The notes under the pieces: model-generated
Databases searched by the model: none
What the model saw: only the letters and a program-made list of their open reading frames with translations
Told to the model about the DNA's origin: nothing
Translations under genes and position numbers: made by a program
Source of the DNA: Bilabrum cf. latius
Taxonomy: Eukaryota
Length of the DNA: 64,000 bases
Reading direction: 5' to 3'
NCBI GenBank assembly: GCA_965178125.1
Contig: OZ237751.1
Span: forward strand, 992,001 to 1,056,000
Shown: positions 37,325-49,371 of the stretch, piece by piece
Position numbering within the stretch: the stretch's first letter is position 1
How the letters are laid out: every line of letters starts with the position of its first letter

Positions 37325-40300
37325 TTAATCATACAGCGACTCCTCATCTTTATCCTTGCTACCCTGTAGCACCGCGCTAGCCCCGCTCCTGCGATCCACA
37401 GCATGGCTTGAGGAGCCGCCTAGCTCCATTTCAAACCGCCGCACGTCCTCGATGGACGATCGCCCACTGAGCATGTCAGCGCGATCCATGTACCCAATGC
37501 CAGGGATCAGGGTCTCCACACCCTCCTCAGTCCCCACGGGCTCCCCCCCGTGCTCCTCCGAAGTGTCCAGGGCCCCAGCCGGGGATGACACCTCCTCGCT
37601 ACCGGCGCTCTTGTATGCCCGGGGGGAACCACCCGAGGCGCAGTCCTCCCTGATCCGATCCATTGCCTCGTCCGAGGCTTGCCAGTGTGCTCTCAACTCA
37701 CCGGCGGAGGAGGACTACAAGCCCTCGCCTTGGTCGACAGGCGCGGATTCCGCTCTCACCACCCGAGCTGGGCCAGCACCAGCACCAGCACCAGCACCAG
37801 CACCAGCACCAGCACCAGCACCAGCACCGATGGGCATTCCAGCAACCACTTGCCTTGCACCAGCACCTGCCCCTGCCCCTGCATGCTCCACTGCCAGACC
37901 AGCGCCGTGCCTAGTCACGTCCTCCCTGTGTCCCCCCGGCACGTGCCCCCGCCCCTACCCGCCCGCCTGCTCCCGGAACATTAGCACGCCCTGCCGCTGG
38001 CTGCCGTGCTTCCCCACCCACGCGGCCTCCTCCGGCCCGTGACCGTGACCGTGAACCCCGCCGCGGGCCATACCCCCCCCGGCCCTCCCCCGCCCCCGGC
38101 CCCTGCCCCCCAGAGCCGACTGCCCCACCGCAGTGACCAGCCAGTCCCTCGCCCAGGCCTGCTCGCCGCTCTCCCCTGCGCCGCCCCTTCCCCCCCCTCC
38201 CCCCTCCCGATGCTCGTCCAGCTGCTTCTGCTGTTCCCTCACGTTCCAGTGCAGCTTCCTCTTGATGCTGTGCACCCAGTCCTTGACCGTGCCCCTGAGA
38301 CTCACCAGCGGCATGGGCCACGGGCTGGTCGTCACCTCCACGCAGTCCCCCGGCCGCAGCTCCGTCTGGTGACCCCCATCAAACGAGGCGCTGACGCTGG
38401 CCCGGGCAGTGGCAGGCACCACCAGCCTAATGAGTGCAGAGTCCGGCAGGATGAGAGGTCGGAAGGACAGCGAGTGCGGGCAAATGGGCGTGAAGCAGAT
38501 GCCCGGCGTGGACGGCAGCATGATGGATCCACCTGCCGCCAGGGAGTAGGCCGTGCTGCCCGTGGGAGTGGCGATCAGGATCCCATCCGCGTACACTGTG
38601 GTGAGGTGCTCCCCGTCCACGAAGGCGTCCACAGCTGCCATGTAGGGGCTCGTGCCCCTGTCGATCGACAGCTCGTTCAGCACCGTGTACTCCTCCTGCC
38701 TCTCCCTCTCCCTCTCCACTTCCTGGTGCTGCTGCTCCCCATCGCTTCCCTTGCCCGCGGCCTGCCTCCCGCCGGTGCTCCCTCCTCCTGCACCTGCACC
38801 TGCACCTCCAGTGCGCCGCAGCACCCGCACCCTCAGCCTCGTCCGGATGGCCACGTCCACCTCGGCCACTTCTTTGGCGGGGGGTGGCAGCTGGGGGCCT
38901 GCCGCCCCTGGCGCTTGTTCCCCGGTGGCAGCGATGCTACTGCCATGGGTGCCTCGGCTGAGGCTCCTGTCTATTGTGGATGTGCCCGCGGGAGTTGTGG
39001 GGGCTGTCCTGCAGGCATCACCCGAGGACCCGCCATCAGCAACAGCGAGGGGTAGAGGGAGGGCCGGGGGCTCGCGGGTGCCTTGGTCCGCCTGTGCTCC
39101 CAACTGCAGCTGGGAGGCACTGTCAGTGGTGGTGGCTCTTGCCCTTCCCTTGTTGTTCCCCTAGGCAGATAGGGTACTGAGAGAGCCAGTCCCCGGGCGT
39201 GGCAGGGCCAGTTGTGCCCCGGGCCCAGCCACGGCCCTCTGCCCCTCTGTCTGCCCCTCCTACTAGTAGGGGCCGCTCGACTCCCTCACCACCGAGTCCG
39301 AGGAGGCGGACCGGGGCCTGGGGCCAGAGTGCGAGCGCATGTGCGAGGGAACAGGGGGGGCTAGCTGGGCGCGGGCACTGGCATTCCCTGCGGTGCCTGT
39401 GCCTGTGCCTGTTCCTCGGCTCCCCGCCGCCACGGTCCGCCTCCGACCCATCGGCCCACCGCTGCCGCTGCCATGCGCCTCCTCACCGTCGCGCTGCTCG
39501 GTCTAGTCGCGCATGCGTGCTAGCCCGCCATCGATCGAGGGATGTAGGTCACCGGCTGCCGAGCTGCGGCGCCCCCCTTGCCCCGGTGCCTCCCCCGCGG
39601 GGGCACTCTCCATGCGGGCGCGCTGCAGCTGCGACAAGCCGGAGCCGGCACCACCCGAGGATGAGGAGGGAGGCGGGGATCCGGAGTCGTTGCCCGGTCC
39701 CTCGCCGGCGAGAGCACTCTTCTGGGAGCCCTTGGAGCGCGGGCGGGGAGGGCTGCCCGGGGTGTCGCTGCCCCCGCCTGGGGTACCCCCGCCTCCGGGG
39801 GAATTGCCCCCCGACTTGGCCCCCCGCCCCCGCACCCTCTCTGGCAGCGCGTCCACGACCTCCCCGTCCAGGATGCGGCGCAGCTTATGCCTGGCGTTCT
39901 GCATGTCAAATGCCGTCATGAAGCCCAGGGAGCCGAACGCCACGCTGAGCACGGGAGGGACGGGCCCCTGAAACATGCGGCCGCAGTGGAGCACCGTGCC
40001 GTCCCCGCCCAGGCACACCACAAGGTCCACCAGCTTCGCGTGCCGAGAGGGGTCATACTTGGTGATCGAGGGACTCGTGCCCTTTGGCATCTGAGAGACG
40101 GCGCGCCGCGCAGTCTCTGTCATTGCGAGGCCGCCAATCTCGCTGGCATGCGCCCGGAGCGCCTCGATGCACGATTCAACGAGGTCCCACTTGTCGTCTT
40201 CCTCGTTTATGTACACCCGCAGTCCCATGCAGTCTCGCAACCATAGTGCGATTCCGGCGGCTGCGCGCCGCGCGGCCACGTCCCGCCACTTCTTCATCAC

Positions 40301-40453
40301 GAGGATCCTCGTGGGCCTGCTCTTCCACTTTAGCTTGACCTTGCGGACTGAAATCTGCCTAGCAGCAATCTAACCATCTGGGACATCTTCGGGCAGTCCA
40401 CATCCGTCAACTGTGCACTCTATCAGCTGCAGGCATGCCTTCTTGGCAGACAT
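37325..40453 (-). CDS. NADK: NAD(+) kinase with large low-complexity insertions; TAG at 40370, 39503, 39263, 39260, 39161, 37955, 37715; TAA stop
   Basis: LKWKSRPTRILVMKK, DLVVCLGGDGTVL, GSLGFM, VLNE, ADGILIATPTGSTAYSLAAGGS, TPICPHSLSFRP, KLHWN. Confidence 0.93.
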
Positions 40454-40693
40454 GGCGAATTGCTGCACCTGAAACACAGAAGTTCCGGAAAGCAGATCGT
40501 TCAACTCAAAGAATCAAACAGCCAGTAGAAATAAGCCAATCAAAAGATAATGCGATCGAGCTTTGCCCTTTTGCCGGCCTAACCATGCAATTAGTACGAC
40601 CCGATTCTTCATCCGGAATCTGTATTAACTGCGAATGTGACGTGCTATATCGAGGTGGTCAACGCAGTTGCGCTAGATTAAAATTTCGCAGCC

Positions 40694-42682
40694 ATGCGAA
40701 AGGAGATTAGTACGCTGTGCATGACATGTGTTTTATGTATATTGGTTGCAGCGATTATTCCAGTTTCATCGCAAGAATCATCGTCAACGCTCGGCAAGTT
40801 CGCGATTAGAGTTGACATGCCCTCGACGGGCAAAGGAGGGGTTCGATTGGATGCTTCTGTCGACGGCGATCTTCGAAGCGTTGCGAATAACTTTGGAAGG
40901 CAGTACGGTCTTTTGGATGCTGATATCGATGCTGTCCATGCGCAGCTTCTGCAGTCAGCAGAGGCGGTGCGAGCACAAATGCCAACCGAGGATGACGTGG
41001 CAAACTTGGAGGCTCCAGGCGTGATCCAGATGAGTGTTGCCCTGGATGGCAAGCCTAGCATGGTTGTCATGTCGCCTGAACAGTCGCCAGAGCAAGCAGC
41101 TCGCGTGTTCTGCCGCTCGCATGGGCTTCACGAGAATCCGCGTTACGACGAGTTTCTGCAGATCGTGGGGAATGCCCTAGCTGCCAAACGCAGGGAACAA
41201 GAAGGAACGGCCGACCCTTTCGCAGACGAAGAGCTGGCCCAGTCGGACAGAACGGCAGACGGCCCCGGGGAGGGCAGCGCGGGCCCGGACCAGTTCGGGC
41301 AGGGCATAGTGGTCTCCGTGGCCAGGGACGCCGAGGGGAGGCCGCTTGGCCGCCCGGAGAGCCTGCACGTGTTACGGCGCGCGCTTGTGATGGGCCGACT
41401 GGGGCTGAGTCGGCGGGCCGTGGCTGACGTGGAGGTGGAAGTGCCCGTGCCGCCGCCCGGGCAGGGCACCCGCCCGCAGCGCGTGGTGCTGCTGGAAGGG
41501 GAGAGCCCCCTGCAGGCAGCGCGCGGCTTCCTCATGAGGCACAACCTGGACATGTCCCAGGACGTGGACGTGGCCTTGGAGCTGCAACAGGCGGCATAGC
41601 AGGCGCAGCCCACGCTCGCCACCGCTGCCAGCATCACCGTGGCCGTGGACGGCGCCTCCGTGGTGGCCTCGATGCCTGCAGACATGCCCGCCGATGAAGC
41701 CGCCGTGAGGTTCGTCGTGGAGACGGGGCTGTCCGCGGACCCCTTGGCGCCGCGGTTCACCGCCACCGTGGCCGCGCAGCTGAGCAGGCAGGCGGCTCTG
41801 CTGGAGGGCATTCGGGAGGCGCGGGGGCGTGCGATGGGCGAGAGGCAGCGGGCGCAGCAGCGGCGGGCAGAGGCAGAGGCCAGGGCGGCAGCAGAGGGCA
41901 GGCAGCTGTCCCAGGCAGAGCGCAAGGGGCTGGGTCAGGATCAGGATCAGCCGCTCCCAGAGGTCCCCGAGATGCCATCGGTGCTGCCCGCTACGCTCAT
42001 GAGGGTGCCGCAGGAGGGGGCTGCCGGAGAGGGGCAGGGACAGGGACAGGGACAGGTAGATTCACAAGTCGATGGGGCGCAGGACCAGGGCGTGGATGGA
42101 GGGAGTGGGGAAGAAAAGGCCGCGCAGCTCCCAGACTAGGCGGCTCTCGCGGGACTGGCTCGGCTGGACGCGGCTCTGGGTCACTTCGCTGCCACCGGAG
42201 AGGTTGGGGGCGATGCTGGTGCCAATTCCGATGGGTAGGGCCAGCAGGGCGACAGGGGCAGGTAGACCACCCCCGGAATGCCTCCAGAGCGGCTGTCGGT
42301 GGCTCTGGACATCGCTGGCTAGTAGTTTGAGGTGGACTTCGCCCCTGGGACCAGAACCTCACAGGTGGCGGGGGCCTTCTGCGAGGAGCAGTGGGAGCTG
42401 CTGGAGCCGCTACTGGCGGCCGACCTGGCGGCGAGAGAGGAGGCAGCGGCCGGCGGTAGCGGCGAAGGGAATGGTGGGGAGGACGCGGAAGAGGACGAGG
42501 ACGAGGAGGCGATGCTGCGGCGGGCCGATGCGGCCGGGCAGGTGGAGCTGCCCACGCGGGAGCACTGCGTGGAACTGTTGACCCAGCTGGCGGATCCGTA
42601 CGTGAAGCAAGCGGAGGAGGCGCTGAGGAACAAGAGGGCGCGGGAGGCAGGGGAGGGAGGGAGAGAGGGGCAGGGGCCGTGA
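40694..42682 (+). CDS. Secreted protein with five copies of an unnamed ~35-45 aa domain; TAG at 41597, 42137, 42236, 42263, 42320, 42323
   Basis: Signal peptide and repeated V..DG......P..AA..F...H.L pattern; TGA at 42680. Confidence 0.7.
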
Positions 42683-42884
42683 TCAATGGTGCGTGCTAAC
42701 TTGCCCTGTGTGTTGCTGCATGCTTGGATGGATGGTGTTAGCGTTGTATTTCATTAGTATTCGATGCATCTGTTGAACGAACACGCCCGACCCATTGATG
42801 GATCGAGTTCTTGCACTGGCCCTAGGTCTCTTCGCAGCACGCTACCATACCGGACTAGACCAGACTAGACCAGACTAGACCAGA

Positions 42885-43844
42885 TCACTGCCTGTCTCCC
42901 CCGCTCTTGTCCTCCAGCTACACCTCCTCGAAACCAGTGTCGCCAAAAGCATCGCTGTACGCTCCCTGCGCCTGTCCCAGGAGAGACCCCAGCGGGCCAG
43001 TCCTCGAGGCAGTTCCGAACCCCTTGAACGGCACGCTGGCGAACTCGCCCGCGCCTGCCAGCGCGCTGCTAGAGGCAGTAGAGCTGGGGCTACCTGACGA
43101 GACAGGGGCAGGGGCAGGGGCAGGGACAGGGGCGGGAGTTGGGGCTGCTGCCGGGGCCGGTGCCGGTGCCGGTGTCGGGGCAGGCGCCGGAGCCGGAGAA
43201 GGCGCAGGGGCCGGAGCAGGGGCGGGCGATGGGCTGGGGGCCTCAGCTGGGGCCCCACCGGCGTCGCCTGCGTCGGCTGCCGTGAAGTTAGCAAAGGCAG
43301 CGATGTCTTCCTCATCCTCCACGATGACCGCCACAGGCGCGCCCAAAGCAATGTCATCGTCGCCCTCAGGAACTAGCTTCTTTGCGAGGTATCCCTCGTC
43401 TTGCATCTCGAAATCAACGTTCGTCTTGTCTGTCTTGATAATAGCTAGCACATCCCCAGGGCCAACCTCTTCGCCTTCTTCTTTAGTCCATTCGGCTAAT
43501 GCGCCACTCTCCATCGTCTGCGAGCAAGCACAACAATAGTAGCACGAGTAGCTGGATGCGCTCACTTACGACACCGAATGATCGCACGTTGAGGCACCGA
43601 AGCGATGACTCACCGGTGATAGCGCTGGTAGCCTCAGAACCATGTGATCCGGGTACGATGCAAGGAAGCGGGCAAGCTTCACTGAATTGCTGCGAACCGT
43701 ATCGGGATGCGAAACAAGTCACACGGGTTTGACAGTCCTTAGCCGTGCGAATATGAGCTTCGGATGTTTGTTGGTCATGTTCAGTGCAGCAACGTACCTT
43801 CTAAAAATACCACAGACCCGCTACGCTCTCGCTAGGCGCATCAT
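42885..43844 (-). CDS. Mitochondrial single lipoyl-domain protein (pyruvate dehydrogenase E2-like N-terminus only), 3 exons; TAG at 43821 and 42918
   Basis: Transit-like MMRLARA[Q]RVCGIFR, then YPDHMVLRLPALSP|TMESGALAEW..EGEEV.PGDVLAIIKTDKTNVDFE..DEGYLAK, then a Pro/Ala linker; TGA at 42887-42885. Confidence 0.8.
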
Positions 43845-43967
43845 GGTGTCTAGAAATAGCGAAACTGCCCCACGACGCGCACACCAGATCTGCACTCGTC
43901 ACACATATCCGATTTCGAGAATCTGCGGCCGCCGGCCGAATCACTTGCTAGCTCGTACAGGTGCATC

Positions 43968-46181
43968 ATGGCCCGAATTACCGAAGAACTCATACGGAAG
44001 AAGTCAGAACACAATGATGGACTGCTTGGTGACCTGGAAGAGATCAGCTTGCACCAGTGCGAACTGGAGAGAATCGAGGTCATCGGCACCCTGTGTCGCA
44101 AGCTTCGCATCCTCTATTTGTAGAACAACATCATTCCGAAGCTGGAAAACTTGCATCATTTGAAAGAATTAAGGTATTTGAATATAGCCCTGAACAATAT
44201 CACCAGAATTGAGGGCCTTCAGTGAGATATTTGCCACGGATTCAGCGGTTGCCGTTGCGTTCGAACGCTGGTACCACAGCATCCATCGCGATGCCCCGAC
44301 CAAATATTTTGTGCCACCCGCAGAAATTGCGAGTTCTTGGAAAAGCTAGACATGACACTGAATTTCGTTGGAGTCGACGCGCTCGCTGACGGTGTAGAAC
44401 ACCTGTCGCAGCTTGGCCGCCTCGAAGACGTAACATTTCTCGGTAATCCATTCACAGACTGGGAACGACACCGCGACTACTTAATAGCTAGACTACCGCA
44501 GCTGCTTTCGATCGACGGAAAGGATGTGACGCGCTCGGAGAGGCTCTCGGCGCAGCAGCGGCTGAGCGACCTGGAGGCGGAGCTGGCCGAGCTGGCCGCT
44601 GCGGAGGCCGCTCGAAAGGAGGAGGAGGCCAGGAAGAAGAAGGAAGAGGCAGACGCCAAAGAGGCTGCTGCTTCTGCGGATAGCCCTTCGAGCGGCGCCG
44701 GGTGCGATGCCGGGGTAGGGGGTGCGGCAGGAGGCGCATCTGGCGAGGCTGAGCCGAGAGGCAAGTCGGCTGCTGTGGATGAGTACGAGGATGGGGACGT
44801 GGATGGAGAGGTCCCGAGTGGCGGCAAATAGAAGGCGGCAACATAGGAGGAGGAGGAGGCGTCTCCCTGGTGCCCCGAGGAGCGCGTGCAGATGTACCGC
44901 GAGATGGCCGAGCAGCGCCGGGAGGAGGAGGAGAGGGAGAGGGCGAGGCAGCCCAAGGAGAGGGACTACGGCGAGGAGCACAGGGCGCGGATGGATGCGC
45001 TGAAGGAGGAGGAAGAGGAAATGGCCCGGATGGGTGGCAAGGTGCGATGGAGGAACGAGGGCAAGCTGGGCTTCAAACTGGAGGAGGAGGATGGCAGGGG
45101 CAACATCGTCCTGCGGCTGGACCTGCCGCGGTTCCTGGATTCGAGCCTGGTAGACGTGGAGGCGCACCCGCACCACGTCACGGTGGTGGCCAAAGGGAAG
45201 CTCTTCCGCATGGCGTGGCCCGAGGAGGTCTCCGCCAGCGAGGGGCAGGCGGAGAGGCTCCCTTCCGGCGCCCTGGTGCTGACTGTGCCCAAGGCCAAGC
45301 GGCCGTCCAAGTCCACGAGGAAGGCGTACCTGAGGGCGGCGAGGGAGGCGCGGGAGGAGACGGCGAGGCGGGAGGAGGAGGAGAAGTGGTCGAAGGACGA
45401 GCGAGCGGGCAGGAGGAGGAGGCTGCGGCACGGGTCTGGTGGCAGCGGCAGCGGCAGCAGCGATGAGGAGGTGGGGGTGGGGGTGGGAGTGGGGGGTGGC
45501 AAGCTGGCGCTGGAGATTATGCGGGCCGCCGCCGGGGAACAGGAGCAGACAGGAGCAGGCACAGAAGAAGTAGCGGAGCAAGCTGAAGGCGAGGAAAAGA
45601 GCGGAGACGAGGAGCGCATGTTGGGAGCAGGCAACTCTAGCCGCAAGCATGAGCTGGCTGGCACCGTCAGCGTGGCTGGGATCGTCACAGCGCGGGACCG
45701 GAGGCGGATGGACCGGCGGGCAGGGCGGCTGCCAGACGAGGACGATGTGACGAGTGACGAGGATGAGGATGGAGACCGCGTGACCCCTCTGCAGGCGGCC
45801 CAGGAGGTGCTCAAGGTGCTGGACTCGAGGCGGCTGGACGGGGCCGAGACGCTGGACCTGGCCTCCTTGCGGCCGGGTGAGCTGGAGGCAAAGCTGGGGC
45901 GGGCTGGGGCGGGGGGAGGGAGGGCGGGAGATGCCGCGTCAGTGCTGTCGGGACTGGGGAGTGCGGCTGGGAGTCGGCTGGGTGGCAAGAACCGTGGGCG
46001 GAAGAAGACTGGGAAGTCAGCCAAGTCGGGCGCTGGCGGCCGGCCGGACGCCGCCACGATCGGGACAGCGTCTGTGGCGGGGTCTAGCAGGCGAGCGGGC
46101 AAGGGCGGTAAGAAGGGCAAGAAACGGGTTGACGGGCTTGTGTCTGGCTTGATGGGCCAGGTGAGAGCGATGCATGGGTGA
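43968..46181 (+). CDS. DNAAF11: Dynein axonemal assembly factor 11 (LRRC6/TilB); intron 44222-44323; TAG at 44121, 44829, 44844
   Basis: [30 protein letters not shown][Q][31 protein letters not shown], LRRcap [14 protein letters not shown] domain [13 protein letters not shown]. Confidence 0.95.
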
Positions 46182-46279
46182 GCACGCGAAGCTGCCAGTT
46201 TGCTCCGATCGATGGAACTGGGCAGAGCCGATTGCCCGCCTGCGCATCCGTACAGCAACCCCAGGAATTGATCAGTCAC

Positions 46280-47776
46280 ATGGACAAGGAGTCCCAATGC
46301 AGGTTCTTCAAAGGCATGCTATTTCGTTCATTGCCGCGCCAATATTTGGTGCTCGCCGCACAGTAGCCGCCGATCCTGTACTTTTGCTTGAGCTCGCTGC
46401 ATTTGCTAGGTGTTCCACCGTCGGATAAGGAAGCTGCTATCCTGCGTAAAAAGATACGGGCTGGATGGGTTGTTGATCAGTTCGGTAGGGGTGGCTTCGC
46501 AGGCCAGTCCAGCGATACCGGCCGTGCTTCAGTCGACGCTGGGGATCCGACGTCGACGCCGCACCTCGCATGCACGTATGCGTCCCTTGCCGCGCTCGCG
46601 ATGATAGGAGAGTCCCGCGACGATTGGATATCTTGGCGAGACCCTGTGGTCCAACTGATCGCCAGCATGCAAGAGAGCACGGGCGGGTTCTCCGTTTCTA
46701 GCGTGGAGCGCGGAGAAGATGCCCGCTTCATGTACAGCGCGTGCATGGTTTCTGAGCTAATTGGCGATTGGAGTGGGATCAACGTGTCCGCGGCTCTCCG
46801 CTGGCTAGGCCATGCCCAGTCTATGGAGGGAGGCTACTCCCTGTTGGGCGGCGGTCCCGTCGGCGGGGAGGCGCACGGGGGCAGCACCTATTGCGCCGTG
46901 GCCGCCAGCCGACTGCTGCAGCTGCAGCTGGCACGACAAGGTGCACGATGTTCCCCTGCCATGGCGGTGGGCGCACATCCAGCGGACAGCAGGGGCGGGT
47001 GCCCCGCGGTGGTGCGGCGCGTGGGGCGGGCAGTGGGCAGGTGCCTCGCGCGCAGGTTGGCGCACAGACGGAAGGAGCAGCCCCAGGAGGGACCCGGAGC
47101 CGGTTCACCAGCAGTTCCGTAGCCGGATTGCATCGCATCAGATGCTCGCACAGCACCCACTGCCACTGGCAGGAGCACCTGCTCGGATCGCACCCGTCGG
47201 CTGTGCCTGTGGCTGGGCCAGCGGCAGGGAGACGGGGGCGGGTTCACGGGCCGTCCCCACAAGCAGGAAGACACATGCTACGGGTTCTGGGTGGGCGCCT
47301 CCATGCGACTGCTGGGGCTGGGGGACTGGGTGCGGGGAGAAGATCTCCGGGGGTTTGTGGAGGGCACTCTGTTCAAGCAGGGGGCGGGGGCGGGGGAGGC
47401 GCATGCCTTCGCCAAGTGCAAGGGGCACCCCCCGGATCCGCTGCACGCGCACTACTCGCTGGTGGGGTTGGTGGAGCTGAGCCGGGGCCAGCGGGGGCCG
47501 GGGGAGAGGGTCTTCGATCCGCTGTCGGGGCTCCCGCAGCGGGCAGCGGACCGACTAGGGATTGGGAGAATGGAAGGTGGAGGTGGAAACGGCATTGGCA
47601 GCACGAGCTCTGGTGCCCCGGGGAAAGAGGGGCGCAGCGATGCCCGAGGCAATGGCGATGGCGATGGCGATGGCGATGGCGATGGCGATGGCGGGCCTGC
47701 CACTGCCAGCCAGGACGGCGGGGGCCAGGAGGCGTCCAAGCCAGTGCTTGAAGAGGTCGAGGGCGGACCGACGTGA
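46280..47776 (+). CDS. PGGT1B: Geranylgeranyltransferase type I beta subunit-like prenyltransferase; TAG at 46364 and 47120
   Basis: HLACTYASLAAL, EDARFMYSAC, QSMEGG, EAHGGSTYCAVA, GFTGRPHKQEDTCYGFWVGA, PDPLHAHYSL. Confidence 0.85.
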
Positions 47777-47943
47777 TGCCGACATTGAGGACAAATAATG
47801 AATCGATCACACTGCGACCTTGGACATCGAATGGTGGCAATATCGGCCGAGAGAAAGCACAGGTCAAGATGTGACGAGTGCGATGCCGGGCCGCGCCAGC
47901 TGCAACCTCCGGTACTGCAACCGAGCTCATCTGGCTCGCTAGA

Positions 47944-49055
47944 ATGGCAAAACCGAAGAGTAGCGGCAGCACATAGCTGCATGCTCCATCAATGTACAAT
48001 TTTGCCATGCAACTTATCTCTGGAGCGGGTGCAGGTGCTATTACGAAGACATGCATTGCTCCACTGGAGAGGATCAAGATTCTGTTGCAAATTCAGGTAA
48101 GAAACCTCACCGAATCCAAGTGATAGTTTGTGTTTGTCTGTTCCAGCAAGATGCGCACCTGTATCGTTCGAGTAGCCTCCTATGCGCGTTGCGATCGCAG
48201 GGGATGCGAATCGCAGAGGGAGTAATCGACAAGCCGAGATACACTGGAATGATGGATTGCGGCGCGTACGTTGTTCGAGAAGAAGGGCCGCTAGCATTGT
48301 GGAGAGGAAATGGCGCTAATGTAGCCAGGGTGATCCCGGTGTATGCTCTTAAATTTGGTTTCAATGACTCTTTCAAGGAGATGGTTGCTGGACCGGAGGC
48401 TCTGCAATCCGGGAGTCGTCTCAGCTTTCTGCAGCTGATCTAGGCGGGCACATTGGCGGGTTTGTTTCAATAGTTAATTACATACCCGTTGGAGGTGGTC
48501 CGCACTCGGCTCACGATGGGCCCAAAGCTGGGCATCGAGTACAAGGGCATGCTGGACTGCGGCGTGCAGACTGTGCGGTCCGAGGGCATCGGGGGCCTGT
48601 ACAAGGGGCTGGCCCCTACGCTGATGAGCGGCTCGCCGTATGTGGGCATTTAGATGACGGCCTACGAGATGCTCTCCCGGATGTCCCCCCAGCTGGACGT
48701 GTTCCAGGACGAGGCAGTGCAGGCCAGGGTGAGGGCGGCGGAGGCAGAGGGCAAGGGGGCGCAGGGACCTCCCCCCTCGCTGCCGTACAAGCTGTGTGCG
48801 GGCGCGGTGGCGGGATTGCTCGCTCAGTCCATCACGTATCCCGGCGACACGATCCGGAGGAGGATGCAGCTGAATGGCGCTGGCGGCAAGGCCAGGCAGT
48901 ACGCGACCAGCTGGGACTGCACCAAGCAGATTTTCCGTCGCGAGGGTATCAGGGGGTTCTTCCAAGGGGTTGGGACGAACGTGGTGCGGTGCATCCCGGG
49001 TGCTGCCATCCAGTTCGCTGCGTACGAGACGCTCAAGCAGCTCCTCAAGGTGTGA
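47944..49055 (+). CDS. Mitochondrial carrier (SLC25) protein; intron 48097-48200; TAG at 47974, 48441, 48471, 48651
   Basis: Three carrier repeats with PLERIKILLQ, PLEVVRTRL and PGDTIRRRMQ, plus LWRGNGANVARVIP; TGA stop. Confidence 0.93.
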
Positions 49056-49371
49056 GCGGCTCTCGGCGGCAGAATGGGGTTGAGGTTTATTGGCGGAGAG
49101 TGACGTGCGATGGTATGCAAAGGAACATGATAGTTGTAGTTGCACTCTTAGTAAAGTCACTGGGCTTTTCCCAGGCGTCCAGTGGCGGGTCGTGCCGGCT
49201 GGGCTGCATGATGTGGTTCGGGCGGTTCCCGGGCGGCCGGTTCGTTCTTGCTTCTCACCATCAATCGCGGGTCCAAGGCACCCTCAGAACACACCATGAA
49301 TGCAGCGCAGAGCCTGGTAGCAAGCTGATATCGAAAACGATTCCCTCTGTCCACACCTTCCCAGTGCAGCG

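Noticed and set aside
37773-37828. (ccagca)n and similar runs at about 26730, 26935, 47653 and 62325
   Set aside because: Ordinary coding microsatellites giving Gly-Ala, Gly-Met, Gly-Asp and Gly-His dipeptide runs.
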